64,000 bases of DNA from positions 15,539 through 79,538 of the forward strand of contig JBBTCJ010000022.1 in NCBI GenBank assembly GCA_038043285.1. Direction: 5' to 3'. Source of the stretch: Planctomycetota bacterium. Lineage in GTDB: Bacteria; Planctomycetota; Phycisphaerae; UBA1845. Shown here piece by piece: positions 47,288 to 58,072 of the stretch. Numbering within the stretch: position 1 is the stretch's first letter; each line of letters opens with the position of its first letter. Below the pieces are notes generated by a model, which was given only the letters and a program-made list of their open reading frames with translations, was not told the DNA's origin and did not search any database. Made by a program: the position numbers and the translations under genes.

Positions 47288-47378
47288 GGCAGTACTGGGA
47301 GCAATGCCGTTCTGGGATTCTAATTGAACAATTTGAAGTATTAATTTCCAGTCCCATCGCCAAGTCGGTGGGTGCGGT

Positions 47379-49316
47379 ATGTCTCCGGGCCGTGGGCGCG
47401 TTCGGGGTCGGGTAGGCGGTCTTGCTTTGAACAATCTGGAACTGAAAAAACGCCAAATTCTCGATCGGGTCGACTTGTACGAGGTCGTCGCGGAGCAGGT
47501 CGCGTTGAAGCGATCGGGGCGGCGGTGGCTTGGCTTATGCCCGTTCCATTCGGAAAAGTCGCCTTCGTTCACCGTTTCTCCGGAGTTGGGTTTGTTCAAG
47601 TGCTTCGGCTGCGGACGCGGGGGCGACGTGTTCAGTTTTGTTCAGCTCCGCGAAAACGTTCCGTTTATGGAGGCGTTTCGGATACTGGCGGACCGGGCGG
47701 GCATCAGCCTCGACGAACCGAAAGCAACCTCCAGCGGCGTCGACGAACCCGGCCGGGGCGACATCGCCAAGGTCAACGAGTGGGCGGCGCGTTTTTTTCG
47801 GGCGAAGCTGCGCGATGAGACGATTGGTCGGTCGGCTCGGGAGTACGTCGCCGGCCGGGCGTTATCGGATGCGGTGGTCGATGGTTTTGGTCTTGGGTTG
47901 GCCGTGCCGGGCGGACCATCGCTTCGGACGTCAGCCGCGAAGGCCGGATTCAGTGATGCGATACTCCTCGCGGCGGACCTCATTCGTCGCGGCGAGTCGG
48001 GCGACTCGTACGACACCTTCCGCGATCGGCTGATGTTCCCGATCCGCGACGCCGGCGGCCGGGTGCTGGGTTTCGGCGGGCGGACGCTCATTGACGATCG
48101 CGCGAAGTATCTCAATACGTCGCAGAACGTCTTATTCGACAAGGGCTCGACGTTGTACGGCATCGACGTCGCCCGGAAAGCGATGACCGATCGTCGCCGC
48201 GCGGTGGTGGTCGAGGGGTACACGGATTGCCTGGCTTGTCATCAGTGTGACGTGGGCGAGGCGGTGGCGACGTTGGGGACGGCCCTGACTGAGTCGCACG
48301 TCAACGTGCTTCGTCGCTTCTGCGAGGAAGTGATCCTGCTGTTCGATTCGGACCAGGCGGGCGAAGCGGCTGCCGAGCGCGCGGTGCGCGTCGCGGTTCC
48401 GATGTCGTTGCGGGTTCGCCTGGCTCGAATACCGGACGGGAAGGATCCTTGCGATTACCTCGGGCATGGTTCGGGGGCCTTCTCGGACGTGTTGAATCAT
48501 GCGGTCGACGCGCTAGAATTGGCGTGGCTGACGACATTGCGCCGCTTCGGGGGTGGGAGCTCCGACGGGAAGCGGCGGGAAGCTGTCCTCGATTTTCTAC
48601 GTCTGGTGGCCGACGCGTCCTCCACGCGGGCGGTCGATCCCATCCAGCGGGGGCTGCTGATCAACCAGGTTGCGCACCTCTTGCGGATGGACCGCGACGA
48701 GGTGCGTCGAATGGTGACCCGGACGGGGCAACGTCCGCCGAGGCCATCGACCGCCACGGCGGTATCAACCGGGGCCGCGCGGAGTTCGCCGCGTGACTCT
48801 GAGCAGTCCGCCTGGGCGACGGTGTTGGAGATCGGACTCAACGAGCCGGCGCTGTTGATGTCGTCGTTCACGGAGCTTGACCCCTCGCGGATCACGGATC
48901 CGCGGGACCGCCGAATCGCCGCGGCGTTGCTCGGCGCGTCGGAGGAGCTGGGCGCGATCAGCCTGGCGGACATGCTGGCGCGGTGCGGCGTCGAGGGGGA
49001 CGCGGCCCGCGTGGAGGAGTTGGCTCGACGGGGAGCGGAGCGAGGTCGATTCGCGGAGACGCTGGCGATCGCGCTGGAGCGTATCGCGCAGCGGCGTACG
49101 GCCAACGAGGCGGAGGAGGACCGCGAGCTCATGCTCTCGCCAAGTATGAACTTGAACACCGACGAGCGACTGGCCGAGCAGACCCTGCGGTTTGCGGCGA
49201 GCGTAAGTCAAAACCGGCATTTTGCTCCGCGGCGGGCGATCCGCCAGGCGATCGCGGCTGCGGAGATGAAGACCATCGAGAAGGGCGTGGAAGGACGCAC
49301 GACGGAGACGCCATGA
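47379..49316 (+). CDS. dnaG: DNA primase
   Basis: The zinc ribbon is '[34 protein letters not shown]', and TOPRIM is '[10 protein letters not shown]...[13 protein letters not shown]'. Confidence 0.95.
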   Translation: MSPGRGRVRGRVGGLALNNLELKKRQILDRVDLYEVVAEQVALKRSGRRWLGLCPFHSEKSPSFTVSPELGLFKCFGCGRGGDVFSFVQLRENVPFMEAFRILADRAGISLDEPKATSSGVDEPGRGDIAKVNEWAARFFRAKLRDETIGRSAREYVAGRALSDAVVDGFGLGLAVPGGPSLRTSAAKAGFSDAILLAADLIRRGESGDSYDTFRDRLMFPIRDAGGRVLGFGGRTLIDDRAKYLNTSQNVLFDKGSTLYGIDVARKAMTDRRRAVVVEGYTDCLACHQCDVGEAVATLGTALTESHVNVLRRFCEEVILLFDSDQAGEAAAERAVRVAVPMSLRVRLARIPDGKDPCDYLGHGSGAFSDVLNHAVDALELAWLTTLRRFGGGSSDGKRREAVLDFLRLVADASSTRAVDPIQRGLLINQVAHLLRMDRDEVRRMVTRTGQRPPRPSTATAVSTGAARSSPRDSEQSAWATVLEIGLNEPALLMSSFTELDPSRITDPRDRRIAAALLGASEELGAISLADMLARCGVEGDAARVEELARRGAERGRFAETLAIALERIAQRRTANEAEEDRELMLSPSMNLNTDERLAEQTLRFAASVSQNRHFAPRRAIRQAIAAAEMKTIEKGVEGRTTETP

Positions 49317-51130
49317 ACACAACCGCGACGGAACACAACACGCAAGCAATCCAGACCGCCACCGACGAGCTCCTTCGGCGGGGGAAGGAGCGGGGGTTCG
49401 TCACCTGGGAGGAGATGAACTCGATTCTCCCCGACGACGCCGTGGACCCCAACGAGCTGGAATCGATCCTCCTTCGGCTGGAAGCGGAAAAGATCGAGAC
49501 GCTCGACGAGTTGGACGCGGCCAGAGTGGATCGGAAGCGCCGGCCCTCGAACGGTCCCAACGGATCATCGGCGCCGGTTCCACCAACCCGCGCCGCCTCT
49601 CGCGCATCGTCTTCGGCACGTGCGGGCAGCGCGCTGCGGCGTCCGGCCGCGCCGGCGCCCTCGGAGTCCTCCGGGGACGACGACACCGGTCAGGACACGG
49701 ACATCGAGACGATCGTGGTCGAGGTCGGCCCCAAGCGGATCGATGACCCGGTGCGCATGTACCTGACGCAAATGGGCGAAATCCCCCTGCTGACCCGCGA
49801 GGAGGAGATTCGACTCGCCAAGAAAATCGAACTGACGCGAATGGCCTTCCGGCAGAAGGTGCTGGAAAGCGACTACTGCGCCGGGCTGGCGGTCGACATT
49901 TTGCAGCAGGTGCATGACGGGGCCCTGCCCTTCGATCGGACAATGAAGATTTCGACGTCGGAACATGCGGCCAAGACGCGGATCAGCACGCGGATCCCCG
50001 GCAACCTGGTGACCGTGCGGGCGATCCTGGCGCGGAACGCGGAGGTTTGGGAGCAGTTCCAGGCGCCGCGCCTGGCCGCCGGGACGAGGCGGACCCTCGA
50101 AACCGACCTCCGCGAGCGTCGGCGGAAGGTTTCGCGGCTGCTGGAGGAGCTTTCGCTTCGCACCAGCCGGATCACGCCGCTGATGCGCAAGCTCCGCGGG
50201 CTGCACCGCAAGATGGTCGAGCTTCAGAAGCGGCTGGCGTCCCAGGAGAAACGGCGAACGCTTCCCGACGACGAGATCCAGGGAATGACCGAGGAACTTT
50301 CGGGCATCAAGTCGTTGTGCCTGGAGGAGCCGGAACAACTTGAACGCCGGTTGACCTGCATTCATCGCGTGTTCAGCGAGTACGAGGACGCGAAGCGAAA
50401 GCTTTCCGGCGGCAACCTTCGGCTGGTGGTGAGCATCGCCAAGAAGTACCGCAACCGGGGTTTGAGCTTCCTGGACATCATTCAAGAGGGCAACACCGGT
50501 CTGATGCGCGCCGTGGACAAGTACGAGTACAAGCGCGGGTACAAGTTCAGCACCTACGCGACGTGGTGGATTCGCCAGGCGATCACCCGGGCGATCGCCG
50601 ATCACGCACGGACCATCCGCATTCCGGTGCACATGATCGAGACCATGAGCCGGCTTCGGAACATCAGCAAAGAACTTCTGCAAGACCTTGGACGCGAACC
50701 GACGATCGAGGAGATCGCGCGACGCGCGAAGATGCCGATCGTGGAATGTCGGCGGGTGTTGAAGATTTCGCGGCATCCGATCTCGCTGGACCGTCCGGTG
50801 GGCGAGAGCGAGGATTCGTACTTTGGCGATTTCATCGAGGACGAGCGGGTCGAGTCTCCGGTGGGGACGGCCGGCGGCGGCATGTTGAAGGACCGCGTCG
50901 AAGAAGTCCTCAAGACGCTGACCTACCGCGAACGGGAAATCATCAAGCTGCGCTACGGCATCGGCGACGGGTACACCTACACCCTTGAAGAAGTCGGGAA
51001 GATCTTCAAGGTTACCCGCGAGCGCGTGCGGCAGGTGGAGGCGAAGGCCATCCGCAAGCTGCAACACCCGGTCCGCGCCCGGAAGCTCGAAGGCTTCCTG
51101 GACCAGATGAAGTCCCAGTCGTCGGCGTGA
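49313..51130 (+). CDS. rpoD: Primary sigma factor (sigma-70)
   Basis: The ATG overlaps the dnaG stop (ATGA). Motifs are '[11 protein letters not shown]', '[12 protein letters not shown]', '[38 protein letters not shown]' and '[22 protein letters not shown]'. Confidence 0.95.
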   Translation: MNTTATEHNTQAIQTATDELLRRGKERGFVTWEEMNSILPDDAVDPNELESILLRLEAEKIETLDELDAARVDRKRRPSNGPNGSSAPVPPTRAASRASSSARAGSALRRPAAPAPSESSGDDDTGQDTDIETIVVEVGPKRIDDPVRMYLTQMGEIPLLTREEEIRLAKKIELTRMAFRQKVLESDYCAGLAVDILQQVHDGALPFDRTMKISTSEHAAKTRISTRIPGNLVTVRAILARNAEVWEQFQAPRLAAGTRRTLETDLRERRRKVSRLLEELSLRTSRITPLMRKLRGLHRKMVELQKRLASQEKRRTLPDDEIQGMTEELSGIKSLCLEEPEQLERRLTCIHRVFSEYEDAKRKLSGGNLRLVVSIAKKYRNRGLSFLDIIQEGNTGLMRAVDKYEYKRGYKFSTYATWWIRQAITRAIADHARTIRIPVHMIETMSRLRNISKELLQDLGREPTIEEIARRAKMPIVECRRVLKISRHPISLDRPVGESEDSYFGDFIEDERVESPVGTAGGGMLKDRVEEVLKTLTYREREIIKLRYGIGDGYTYTLEEVGKIFKVTRERVRQVEAKAIRKLQHPVRARKLEGFLDQMKSQSSA

Positions 51131-51235
51131 GGCGATTCACGTGATGTTCATTCTCCTTTCGCAATGTGAATCTCTCCGCGTGGACCGTAACGTCGCGGAT
51201 CTGCCGGCGCCCCGGCAATTCAAATCACCTTGGGT

Positions 51236-51844
51236 ATGAAACCGCACCAGGCGTGGATTGCTCGGATTCGGCCCCCGTTCGCCGCCTGCGCGACGTCGTG
51301 CGCGATCTTCTCCATCAGCGGCTGCGGATCGCGTGTGCCCGCCAGCGCGGCGTTGGCCGACGTCGAGGAAGTGCGGCTGTCCGAAGGCGAATCGGCTGAG
51401 GTCGCCCTGGGAGCCGGCGCGTTAAGTTTGGCGGATTCGGTCTGGGGACTTTACAAATCAGAGGACGACTCGCTGCTGTTCCGGGTTCGCTTCGGAGGCA
51501 GCGGCGAGATTGTCGAGGTATTCGACAGCTTCGTGCTCGGTCAGCCGTGGCTGGGGTCGAGCGTCACGCCCGACGGTCAACCGCATGCAACGGAGTTTGC
51601 CGGCGGGAGGTACGTCGCGGGCGGCTACTGCGCCGAGCAATCCGGGCGAATCGGCGTGGTTGGGGTGATTCATGGGCTTCTTTCAGGCGCGCACCTTGGA
51701 ACAGCCCGCGTGGCCTTTTACGGTCCGCTCGCGGACGATCCCATCGATGGAACGTTCGAGCGCCGGGTGACGATTCTCGGCGAGACCCCCTTCACGCCGC
51801 CGGGCGACGCGACGTTCGCCGCTTACGCGGTGCTGGAGGAGTAA
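51236..51844 (+). CDS. Hypothetical lipoprotein
   Basis: The N-terminus 'FAACATSCAIFSISGCGS' contains a lipobox. I recognise no family. Confidence 0.45.
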   Translation: MKPHQAWIARIRPPFAACATSCAIFSISGCGSRVPASAALADVEEVRLSEGESAEVALGAGALSLADSVWGLYKSEDDSLLFRVRFGGSGEIVEVFDSFVLGQPWLGSSVTPDGQPHATEFAGGRYVAGGYCAEQSGRIGVVGVIHGLLSGAHLGTARVAFYGPLADDPIDGTFERRVTILGETPFTPPGDATFAAYAVLEE

Positions 51845-52192
51845 TCCGCCAAGCCGGGAGGCTCAGCCGGTTCGATGCCTTGCCGCGTATGCAGGCCGCG
51901 GCCTTCAGCACATGCCGAGGTGCGAACGCCCGTCATTTCCAAACGTCGGTCGACTTTCTCGTCACCGCGCAGACCGCTTACCCTTCACGAACATCAGCGA
52001 GGCCTGTGAAATTCGCCGGGCTGACCGCGGACGGGGTGGCCTTGATGCGCTCCCTTGCGCCGCCGTCGAGCAGGCCGTGCAACGCACGCGCATGGCGGGC
52101 TTCGCGGTGATGATTGACGCGTGGGTCGAGCGATTCGCCTTCGGGGTTCAAGCGGTTCGTGGTCTTTGGTTGGGACGGAGGGTGCCAGGAGG

Positions 52193-52241
52193 ATAAAAAC
52201 CGGGCGGACGGTGCCGCCGTGGCGTCAAGCACCATCCGCCC
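52193..52241 (-). terminator. Rho-independent terminator downstream of the tiny Lys-rich ORF
   Basis: The minus strand reads gggcggatggtg...caccgtccgccc followed by GGTTTTTAT. Confidence 0.65.
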
Positions 52242-52348
52242 ATGATTCGGTGTGCCGTGCCCGCTTCCATCACCGTCGCGATGCTTGACCGGCTGCCGTG
52301 GCGAGAGTCGGCCGAAAACGATCGCGTCAAGGCGACGCGGGCATAAGC

Positions 52349-52411
52349 TTACTTCTTCTTCTTGCCCTTCTTCACGGTCTTCTTTGCAGCCTTCTTGCGT
52401 TTCTTAGCCAT
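52349..52411 (-). CDS. 20-aa lysine-rich micro-ORF (MAKKRKKAAKKTVKKGKKKK)
   Basis: An AAGGGGG SD lies 8 nt upstream of the ATG. A consensus promoter lies ~25 nt upstream and a terminator ~110 nt downstream. A longer in-frame ORF (up to 52759) exists but looks non-coding. Confidence 0.4.
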   Translation of the reverse strand: MAKKRKKAAKKTVKKGKKKK

Positions 52412-52436
52412 TGGCGTCACCCCCTTTCTGGACGAA

Positions 52437-52464
52437 ATACTACACAATGACTGGACGCTGTCAA
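52437..52464 (-). promoter_or_regulatory. Consensus-like sigma-70 promoter driving the micro-ORF
   Basis: The minus strand reads TTGACA-16 nt-TAGTAT, with TG upstream of the -10 element. Confidence 0.55.
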
Positions 52465-53258
52465 AGGGTTTTTCGTCCGCCAACGCAATTTTGCCTCGTC
52501 TGGATGGTCCGATGACAAGTCGTCGGCGCGTCCTTCGATCGATCCCATCGACGACCGCGCGGCGCATTCGCGCGGTGATCACGCGGGCGATGGGATCCTC
52601 GCGCGACGGCGCTTCCAGCGCGCGCGAAACGATCCGGCAGCGCGCGTGGAGCGGCTCGTTGCGTGGTCGATTCAGAGGTCGGGCGGCCGCCGACGGGAAT
52701 CGCGCAGGCGGGTTTGTCGGTCCCGCGGCGGGGCCTGCCGCGGTCCACAAAACATGCAAATTCTCCGGTAAACTCTGGGTTTTCCGTCATCCCGCAACGC
52801 CCGTCGCGCTCCGTTCCGGATCATCGCTGCGCGCGGAGGCGGCGTGGTCGTCCGCGGACTGGAGGGCCCGCGCCGCGCCGCCCGCCGAGTTCCATTCGGC
52901 GCAGAGAACGATAATCCAACGACGGTTCTGTTGGAGTGGATCACAGCGCCGTGGTTATCGGTCGCGCGGCGTGCGAACGCACGCCGTGGTGGATGGCGCG
53001 GGCCTGCGCACGGCGCGAAAATCGGCGCAAAAAATTTTGTAAAATTTTTGATCGAAGGCGTTGAATCGCCTTGACGCGATCGCGCCGTAGCGCATTTTGA
53101 ACGATCGCCGTACCCCCGACGCGCGGTCCGCGCGAGCATCCCACACGGAACATGGATGCTTGCAGTTGCCGGCGACGTTCGCGGAAACCATCACCGCGAG
53201 AGCGCCGCAAGTGAACCGCTTCGTTGGGGGTTTGTCCGTGAGGCGACGGTGCGATGGG

Positions 53259-53954
53259 CTACGACGCGGCGCCGACAGGGCAGGAAGGCCGCGTGAACGC
53301 CGCCGCGGTAATCTCGGAGTGAAACCGGAGCACCGCGTTCATCCCGATCAGTTCCAATCCCGCCGCCCTGGCTGAGCGGACAAGCTCGCCGCGCGGAATC
53401 GGATAGCGTTTGCTCCTGCGTCCGGTCCGCCGTTCCTTCCGTAAACGCTTCCAGGCGAAGAACGAGTGCGCGTCGAAGAACGTCACCACCACGCCGCACC
53501 GAGCCACGCGGGCCAATTCGCGCAGGAGCTGGTCGCGTTGCCCCGGGTCGCAGACGTGATGGATCAAGCGGCTGCACAGCACCAGATCGACGGCCCCGTC
53601 CCGCAATGGAATCTCCAACGCCGACCCGACGGCGACTCGGGGAGGCCTGGAGAAAAGGTCGTGCATCGGGCGACCTTCGTGGAGCATGGCCGCCGAGGCG
53701 TCCATGGCCGTCGCCCGCAATCCCTCGCGGGCCAACAGCGGGAGAAATCGCCCGGTTCCGCTGGGCAGATCGAGAACCGTAGCGCAGTCCGTCCGCGAAC
53801 GGATGCGTCGGATCGCGCGGGCCACGACGCGCTGCTCGCGGAGGTCCGCCAGCCGCTTCCCCAGCGAACGATCGTGCTTCTTCGCGTAATTCTTGGCGTG
53901 CTCGGGGTTTTGATAGCTTAGGGAAACCAGATCCACGCGACGGCTCCATGGCAC
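53259..53954 (-). CDS. Class I SAM-dependent methyltransferase
   Basis: The sequence 'VLDLPSGTGRFLPLLAREGLRATAMDASAAML' is motif I of this class. Confidence 0.8.
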   Translation of the reverse strand: MPWSRRVDLVSLSYQNPEHAKNYAKKHDRSLGKRLADLREQRVVARAIRRIRSRTDCATVLDLPSGTGRFLPLLAREGLRATAMDASAAMLHEGRPMHDLFSRPPRVAVGSALEIPLRDGAVDLVLCSRLIHHVCDPGQRDQLLRELARVARCGVVVTFFDAHSFFAWKRLRKERRTGRRSKRYPIPRGELVRSARAAGLELIGMNAVLRFHSEITAAAFTRPSCPVGAAS

Positions 53955-54124
53955 CCCGTGCCTGACCTGGGCCTTGTGGGACGGGGACGGCTATCCTAGC
54001 CGACGGACCATTGTAGCGGCCATGCTTCCAACCGGCGAATGCACGCGGCGGCCTCGGTCGATATCCTTCCCTGCGACGGCAGGCAACGAGGCTATGATAG
54101 GGGCGGCGCAGGGGAGCTTTGCCA

Positions 54125-54601
54125 ATGGCCCAGGAACGTCCCAAACGATTCGTGGAATGGCTGACGATCCTGCGGCAGCGCTGGCCTATGGTGCGGCAAC
54201 AGGCGGTCGAGTGGTGGTCGCAGGTGCGCGAGGAGCCGCGCCTGCTTGGGGAAGCGCCCGTCGTCCGTTACGCGGCGTATGGTCTGGGCGGTCTGATCGC
54301 CGTCTGGACCCTTCAGACCATCGTGCAAACAATCACCCCGCCGCCACCCGCATCCGCGCAGGCACGGACGACAACGGCTGACTACTACGTCGTGTGCACG
54401 AGTCCGGCGTGCGCGGAGCACTTCATCGTCCATCGCGCGTTCGGCTTCGATGGTTTCCCGGTCAAGTGTCCGAAATGCGGAGGTAAGACCGGTTTCTCCG
54501 CCCGCCCTTGCGCTTCCGCCGAGTGCCAGGGACGATGGGTCGTGCCCCAGGAGGTTGACGGCGTGCGCCAGTGCCCACACTGCGGGTCGCGCTTGAATTG
54601 A
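54125..54601 (+). CDS. Membrane-anchored double zinc-ribbon protein
   Basis: It has one TM segment ('YAAYGLGGLIAVWTL') followed by two Cx4C...CxxC units ('CTSPAC...CPKCGG', 'CASAEC...CPHCGS'). Confidence 0.5.
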   Translation: MAQERPKRFVEWLTILRQRWPMVRQQAVEWWSQVREEPRLLGEAPVVRYAAYGLGGLIAVWTLQTIVQTITPPPPASAQARTTTADYYVVCTSPACAEHFIVHRAFGFDGFPVKCPKCGGKTGFSARPCASAECQGRWVVPQEVDGVRQCPHCGSRLN

Positions 54602-54636
54602 GGATTCGGGAGTCGCGCCGCCCGCACGTCACGCGG

Positions 54637-56393
54637 TCAAGGTCGCGGAGGGCTGAAGGCTTCGGCGAACGCGGCGACGTCACGCAAGTCCGTCGCCCGA
54701 GCACAACGGAGGCTGTTTCGATCGGCCTGGGGTCCGCCGAGGCATTCGTAGAGGAGGAGCCAATCGTCGGCATCCACATCGCCGTCGGCGTCAAAGTCCC
54801 CTCGCCGCGGCTCGTGGACGATCAGACGCTGGCTGCCCGGCAAGCCGCGGATCGTCTGCACGATCGCGCTGGCCGGCCACTCGACCTGCACGCGATGAAC
54901 CGAACCCGGCGCGGAGCCTAGTCCGAAATGCGCGAAGGTTTCGTCCTGCGACATGAAGTTGCTGTTGGCGGCGATCTGGCGAGTCTGCGTCGGTCCACCC
55001 GCCTCGGCCTGAACGCGTACGAGCCGCCCAACCCCAAGCGGTTGGTGGTTGAGCCGCGCAGCTCGACTTGCAGCCAGCGGTTCTCGCTGCCGCGATGGTT
55101 CCGGTACAAGACCGGATACCCGGCGTGGTTGACGATAAACATGTCCATGTCGCCGTCGCGGTCGAAGTCGAAGACCAGGAAGCCTTTACCCGATCCGGTA
55201 TCGTTGAACCCGCGTGAGGCGCCGACCTCGGCCATGACGCCGGCACCGTCGTTGTCCCACAACCACTTGGGCTGATTGTGGAACTTGTCCTCCGCCGTGG
55301 TCCAGGGAAAGTTCTGGCCGTTGGTCATCCCCAAATCCAGGTCGCCGTCGTTGTCGTAGTCGAAGAAGGCCGCCCCCCATCCCCATGCGCCATCGCGAAC
55401 GCCGGCGGCGGCGGTCGCGTCAGCGAAATGCCCGGTCCCGTCGTTTTCGTACAGGCGATTCCCCGATCCTCCCCACCCGACGTTGCAAACGGTCGGAGTG
55501 CAGACCAAGTTAGGGTCGTAGATCGCGGAGACGAACCAGTCGAAATCGCCGTCGTTGTCGTAATCCGCGATCGACGACCCCATGCCGTTCTCATCCGTGC
55601 CGACACCCACCTCGCGGGTCACGTCGGCGAAGGTTCCATTCCGAAGATTGCGGAACAGGCGGCTGGTCTTGAAATCGGCGGCGACCAGCAGGTCGGGCCA
55701 TCCATCATCGTCGAGGTCCGCAAAGCCGCCGGCGAAGCCCATCATTCCGGGCGCAGCCAGACCTGATGCGTCCGTTGCGTCGATGAAGCGCCCGTCACCC
55801 GCGTTGACGTACAGCCGGTTGAGCCGCCCGGACTCGTGCCAACCGACGACGTGCAGGTCGAGGTCGCCGTCCAGATCGAAGTCGCCGAAGGCGGCGCTGG
55901 TCCAATTCTTCGGCGTGAACGCCTGCATGGTCAATCCCGCGGCGAGCGATCCGTCGAGAAACGTCCCGTCGCCTTGATTGACGAAGAGATAGTTTTGCTG
56001 GGTGAGGGTGAGCACGAGCAAATCAAGATCGCGGTCGTTGTCCACGTCGCCCCAGGCGCATCCGGAACTGAAGGCGTCGAGACCCACGCCGGCCGCGGCG
56101 GCGACTTCCTCGAACGTCCCATCGCCGCGATTGTGGAAAAGAAGGTTGGAAGCTTCCAGTCGCGTAACGTACAGATCCACCCACCCGTCGCCATCGAAGT
56201 CGCCGGCAGCCGCCCCGCCGACCATGGCGGTCATTCCAAGGCACATCTGCCGGCATTGATCCCAATCCCAGTGAAGGAAGCTCACCCCTGCGGATTCGGC
56301 GACGTTCTCGAACCACGGAGGCCCGGCCAGCGCCCCCTTCGGCAAGATCAACGCGGCGCAGGCGAACACGGTTCGCGAAGATGCGATTCGCAT
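54637..56393 (-). pseudogene. FG-GAP/VCBS + ASPIC/UnbV + dockerin-like protein interrupted by a -1 frameshift (or a sequencing error) in a G-run
   Basis: The 491-aa ORF (54918-56393) loses family-like sequence after 'NRLGLGG'. The UnbV continuation 'VRVQAEAGGPTQTRQIAANSNFMSQDETFAHFGLG...VQVEWP' is in another frame (ORF 54637-54954). The shift maps to the cccc run at 55032-55035. Confidence 0.65.
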
Positions 56394-56850
56394 TCTTTTC
56401 CCCCTGGCGGTTCGATACGCGGTAGTTCCGCTTAAGCGCCCCTTGTGAATGCCTCATGCTACCAAAAAAGGCAGATCCGCGGAAGGTCGATTGGAGTTAT
56501 CAGAACGCGCCGCTGGATGTAGACCGTATTGATGACGATGGCGTTGGTGCCCCATTCATCGCGCAGCGATGGGTGGGGAAGGACCACCGGCCGGCAAGCC
56601 CAATGTCCAAGCCGACGGAGATAGTCTCCCACTCTTGCCGTGCGGCTAGGATGGGGGACCCAGCGTCCAGAATCGGAAAGCCCTGACGATTATCAGGACG
56701 TGCGGGTGCGCATCGCCCTCCGTCTCCTGCGGAAGTTGACCGTCAGGGACGAACCATGCCAAGATAGGCGTCCATGCGGAGACGCTCGGCAGGCACGGCC
56801 AACGTTGCCGGAAGCCCCGCCCCGTTTGTTCACCCGCTTGGAGAAACCCA

Positions 56851-57870
56851 ATGCCCACCCCGATCGACCCGGCCGTTCAAAAAGCCACCGACGAACTTCG
56901 CCGTAAGTACCAGGCCGTCCGCGACGAGATCGCCAAAGCGATCGTGGGCCATGATGACATCGTCGACGGCGTGCTGACGGCCCTGTTCGTCGGCGGACAC
57001 GTGCTCATCGAAGGCGTGCCCGGTTTGGGCAAGACCTACCTGGTCCGCACGCTGGCGCAGGCCGTCGATTTGAAGTTCTCGCGCATCCAGTTCACGCCCG
57101 ACCTGATGCCCGCGGACATCATCGGTACGACCATCATTAACGAGGATCCCGGCACCGGCCGGCGGACCTTTCAGTTCCAGCGCGGTCCGCTGTTCGCGCA
57201 AATCATCCTGGCGGACGAAATCAACCGGGCCACGCCCAAGACGCAGTCGGCCCTCCTGGAGGCCATGCAGGAACATACCGTGACCGTGGGGGGAACTCGG
57301 CATGCGCTCGAAGAGCCATTCTTCGTGATGGCCACCCAGAACCCCATCGAGCAGGAGGGAACGTACCCGCTTCCCGAAGCCCAGCTCGACCGCTTCATGT
57401 TCAAACTGGTGGTCAGCTATTCCAACCGCGAGGAGCTGAAGACGATCATGGACCGCACGACGACGGGCTACAAAGCCGACGTGAAGGCGGTCATGAGCGG
57501 GGCAGAGATCGTGGGGACGCAGAACCTCGTGCGGCGGGTGGTGATGGCCCCGCACGTGCAGGACTACGCGATTCGTTTGTCGATGGCCTCCCATCCGGGC
57601 GGGCCTTTCGCCGTCGAAGTCACCAACAAATACGTCCGCTGGGGCGTCAGCCCGCGAGCGGTGCAGACGCTGACGCTGGGGGCCAAGCTCAACGCGCTGC
57701 TCGACGGGCGGTTCAACACGGCCTTCGCCGACGTGCAGAAGGTGTTCCTGCCCGCAATGCGGCACCGCATGTTGCTGAACTTCGAGGCCGAAGCCGAGGG
57801 CATCCAGGTCGACGACCTGCTCCGCGACATGCTCACGAACACGCCGACGATGGTGGAGGCGGCAGCGTAG
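56851..57870 (+). CDS. moxR: MoxR-family AAA+ ATPase
   Basis: Motifs are 'GHVLIEGVPGLGKT' and 'ILADEINRATPKTQSALLEAMQE..VT'. A GGAGAA SD precedes the start. Confidence 0.9.
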   Translation: MPTPIDPAVQKATDELRRKYQAVRDEIAKAIVGHDDIVDGVLTALFVGGHVLIEGVPGLGKTYLVRTLAQAVDLKFSRIQFTPDLMPADIIGTTIINEDPGTGRRTFQFQRGPLFAQIILADEINRATPKTQSALLEAMQEHTVTVGGTRHALEEPFFVMATQNPIEQEGTYPLPEAQLDRFMFKLVVSYSNREELKTIMDRTTTGYKADVKAVMSGAEIVGTQNLVRRVVMAPHVQDYAIRLSMASHPGGPFAVEVTNKYVRWGVSPRAVQTLTLGAKLNALLDGRFNTAFADVQKVFLPAMRHRMLLNFEAEAEGIQVDDLLRDMLTNTPTMVEAAA

Positions 57871-57908
57871 GGTGGGCAATGCCCATGAGAGAATGCGGAA
57901 TGCGGAAT

Positions 57909-58056
57909 TGAACCGCGACCGTTCTGGACCGCTCTCCGTCCTGGACGGCCCTCCGATCTGAACCGCGACAGATATGGAGCGGTCCGTCTGTTCCCTGGAT
58001 CGCCGACCGATGACTGCGTGCACGGCTGACCGCTTATTGCATGCGCGGTTCTGATC
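57909..58056 (+). repeat. Left copy of a ~130-150 bp direct repeat flanking the RAYT gene
   Basis: It is near-identical to 58640-58770 apart from a ~19-nt indel and a few substitutions. It contains two CCGCGAC cores and ends in 'ttattgcatgcgcggttctgatc'. Confidence 0.85.
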
Positions 58057-58072
58057 AAGAAATGACCGTTCG

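Noticed and set aside
48983-49312. Upstream extension of the rpoD ORF
   Set aside because: It overlaps the dnaG 3' end out of frame. The ATG at 49313 gives a normal sigma-70 N-terminus.
49565-51067. 500-aa ORF on the minus strand
   Set aside because: It lies antisense to rpoD.
52141-52165. 'ggggttcaagcggttcg' considered as a tRNA T-arm
   Set aside because: No acceptor, D or anticodon arms can be built around it.
51978-52235. 85-aa minus-strand ORF
   Set aside because: Its start codon lies inside the terminator hairpin at 52193-52241. It has no SD and no recognisable family.
52412-52759. Upstream in-frame extension (136-aa ORF) of the Lys-rich micro-ORF
   Set aside because: The extension is Arg/Pro-rich and looks non-coding. 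A consensus promoter and SD lie inside it, immediately before the 20-codon ORF. This is not fully excluded.
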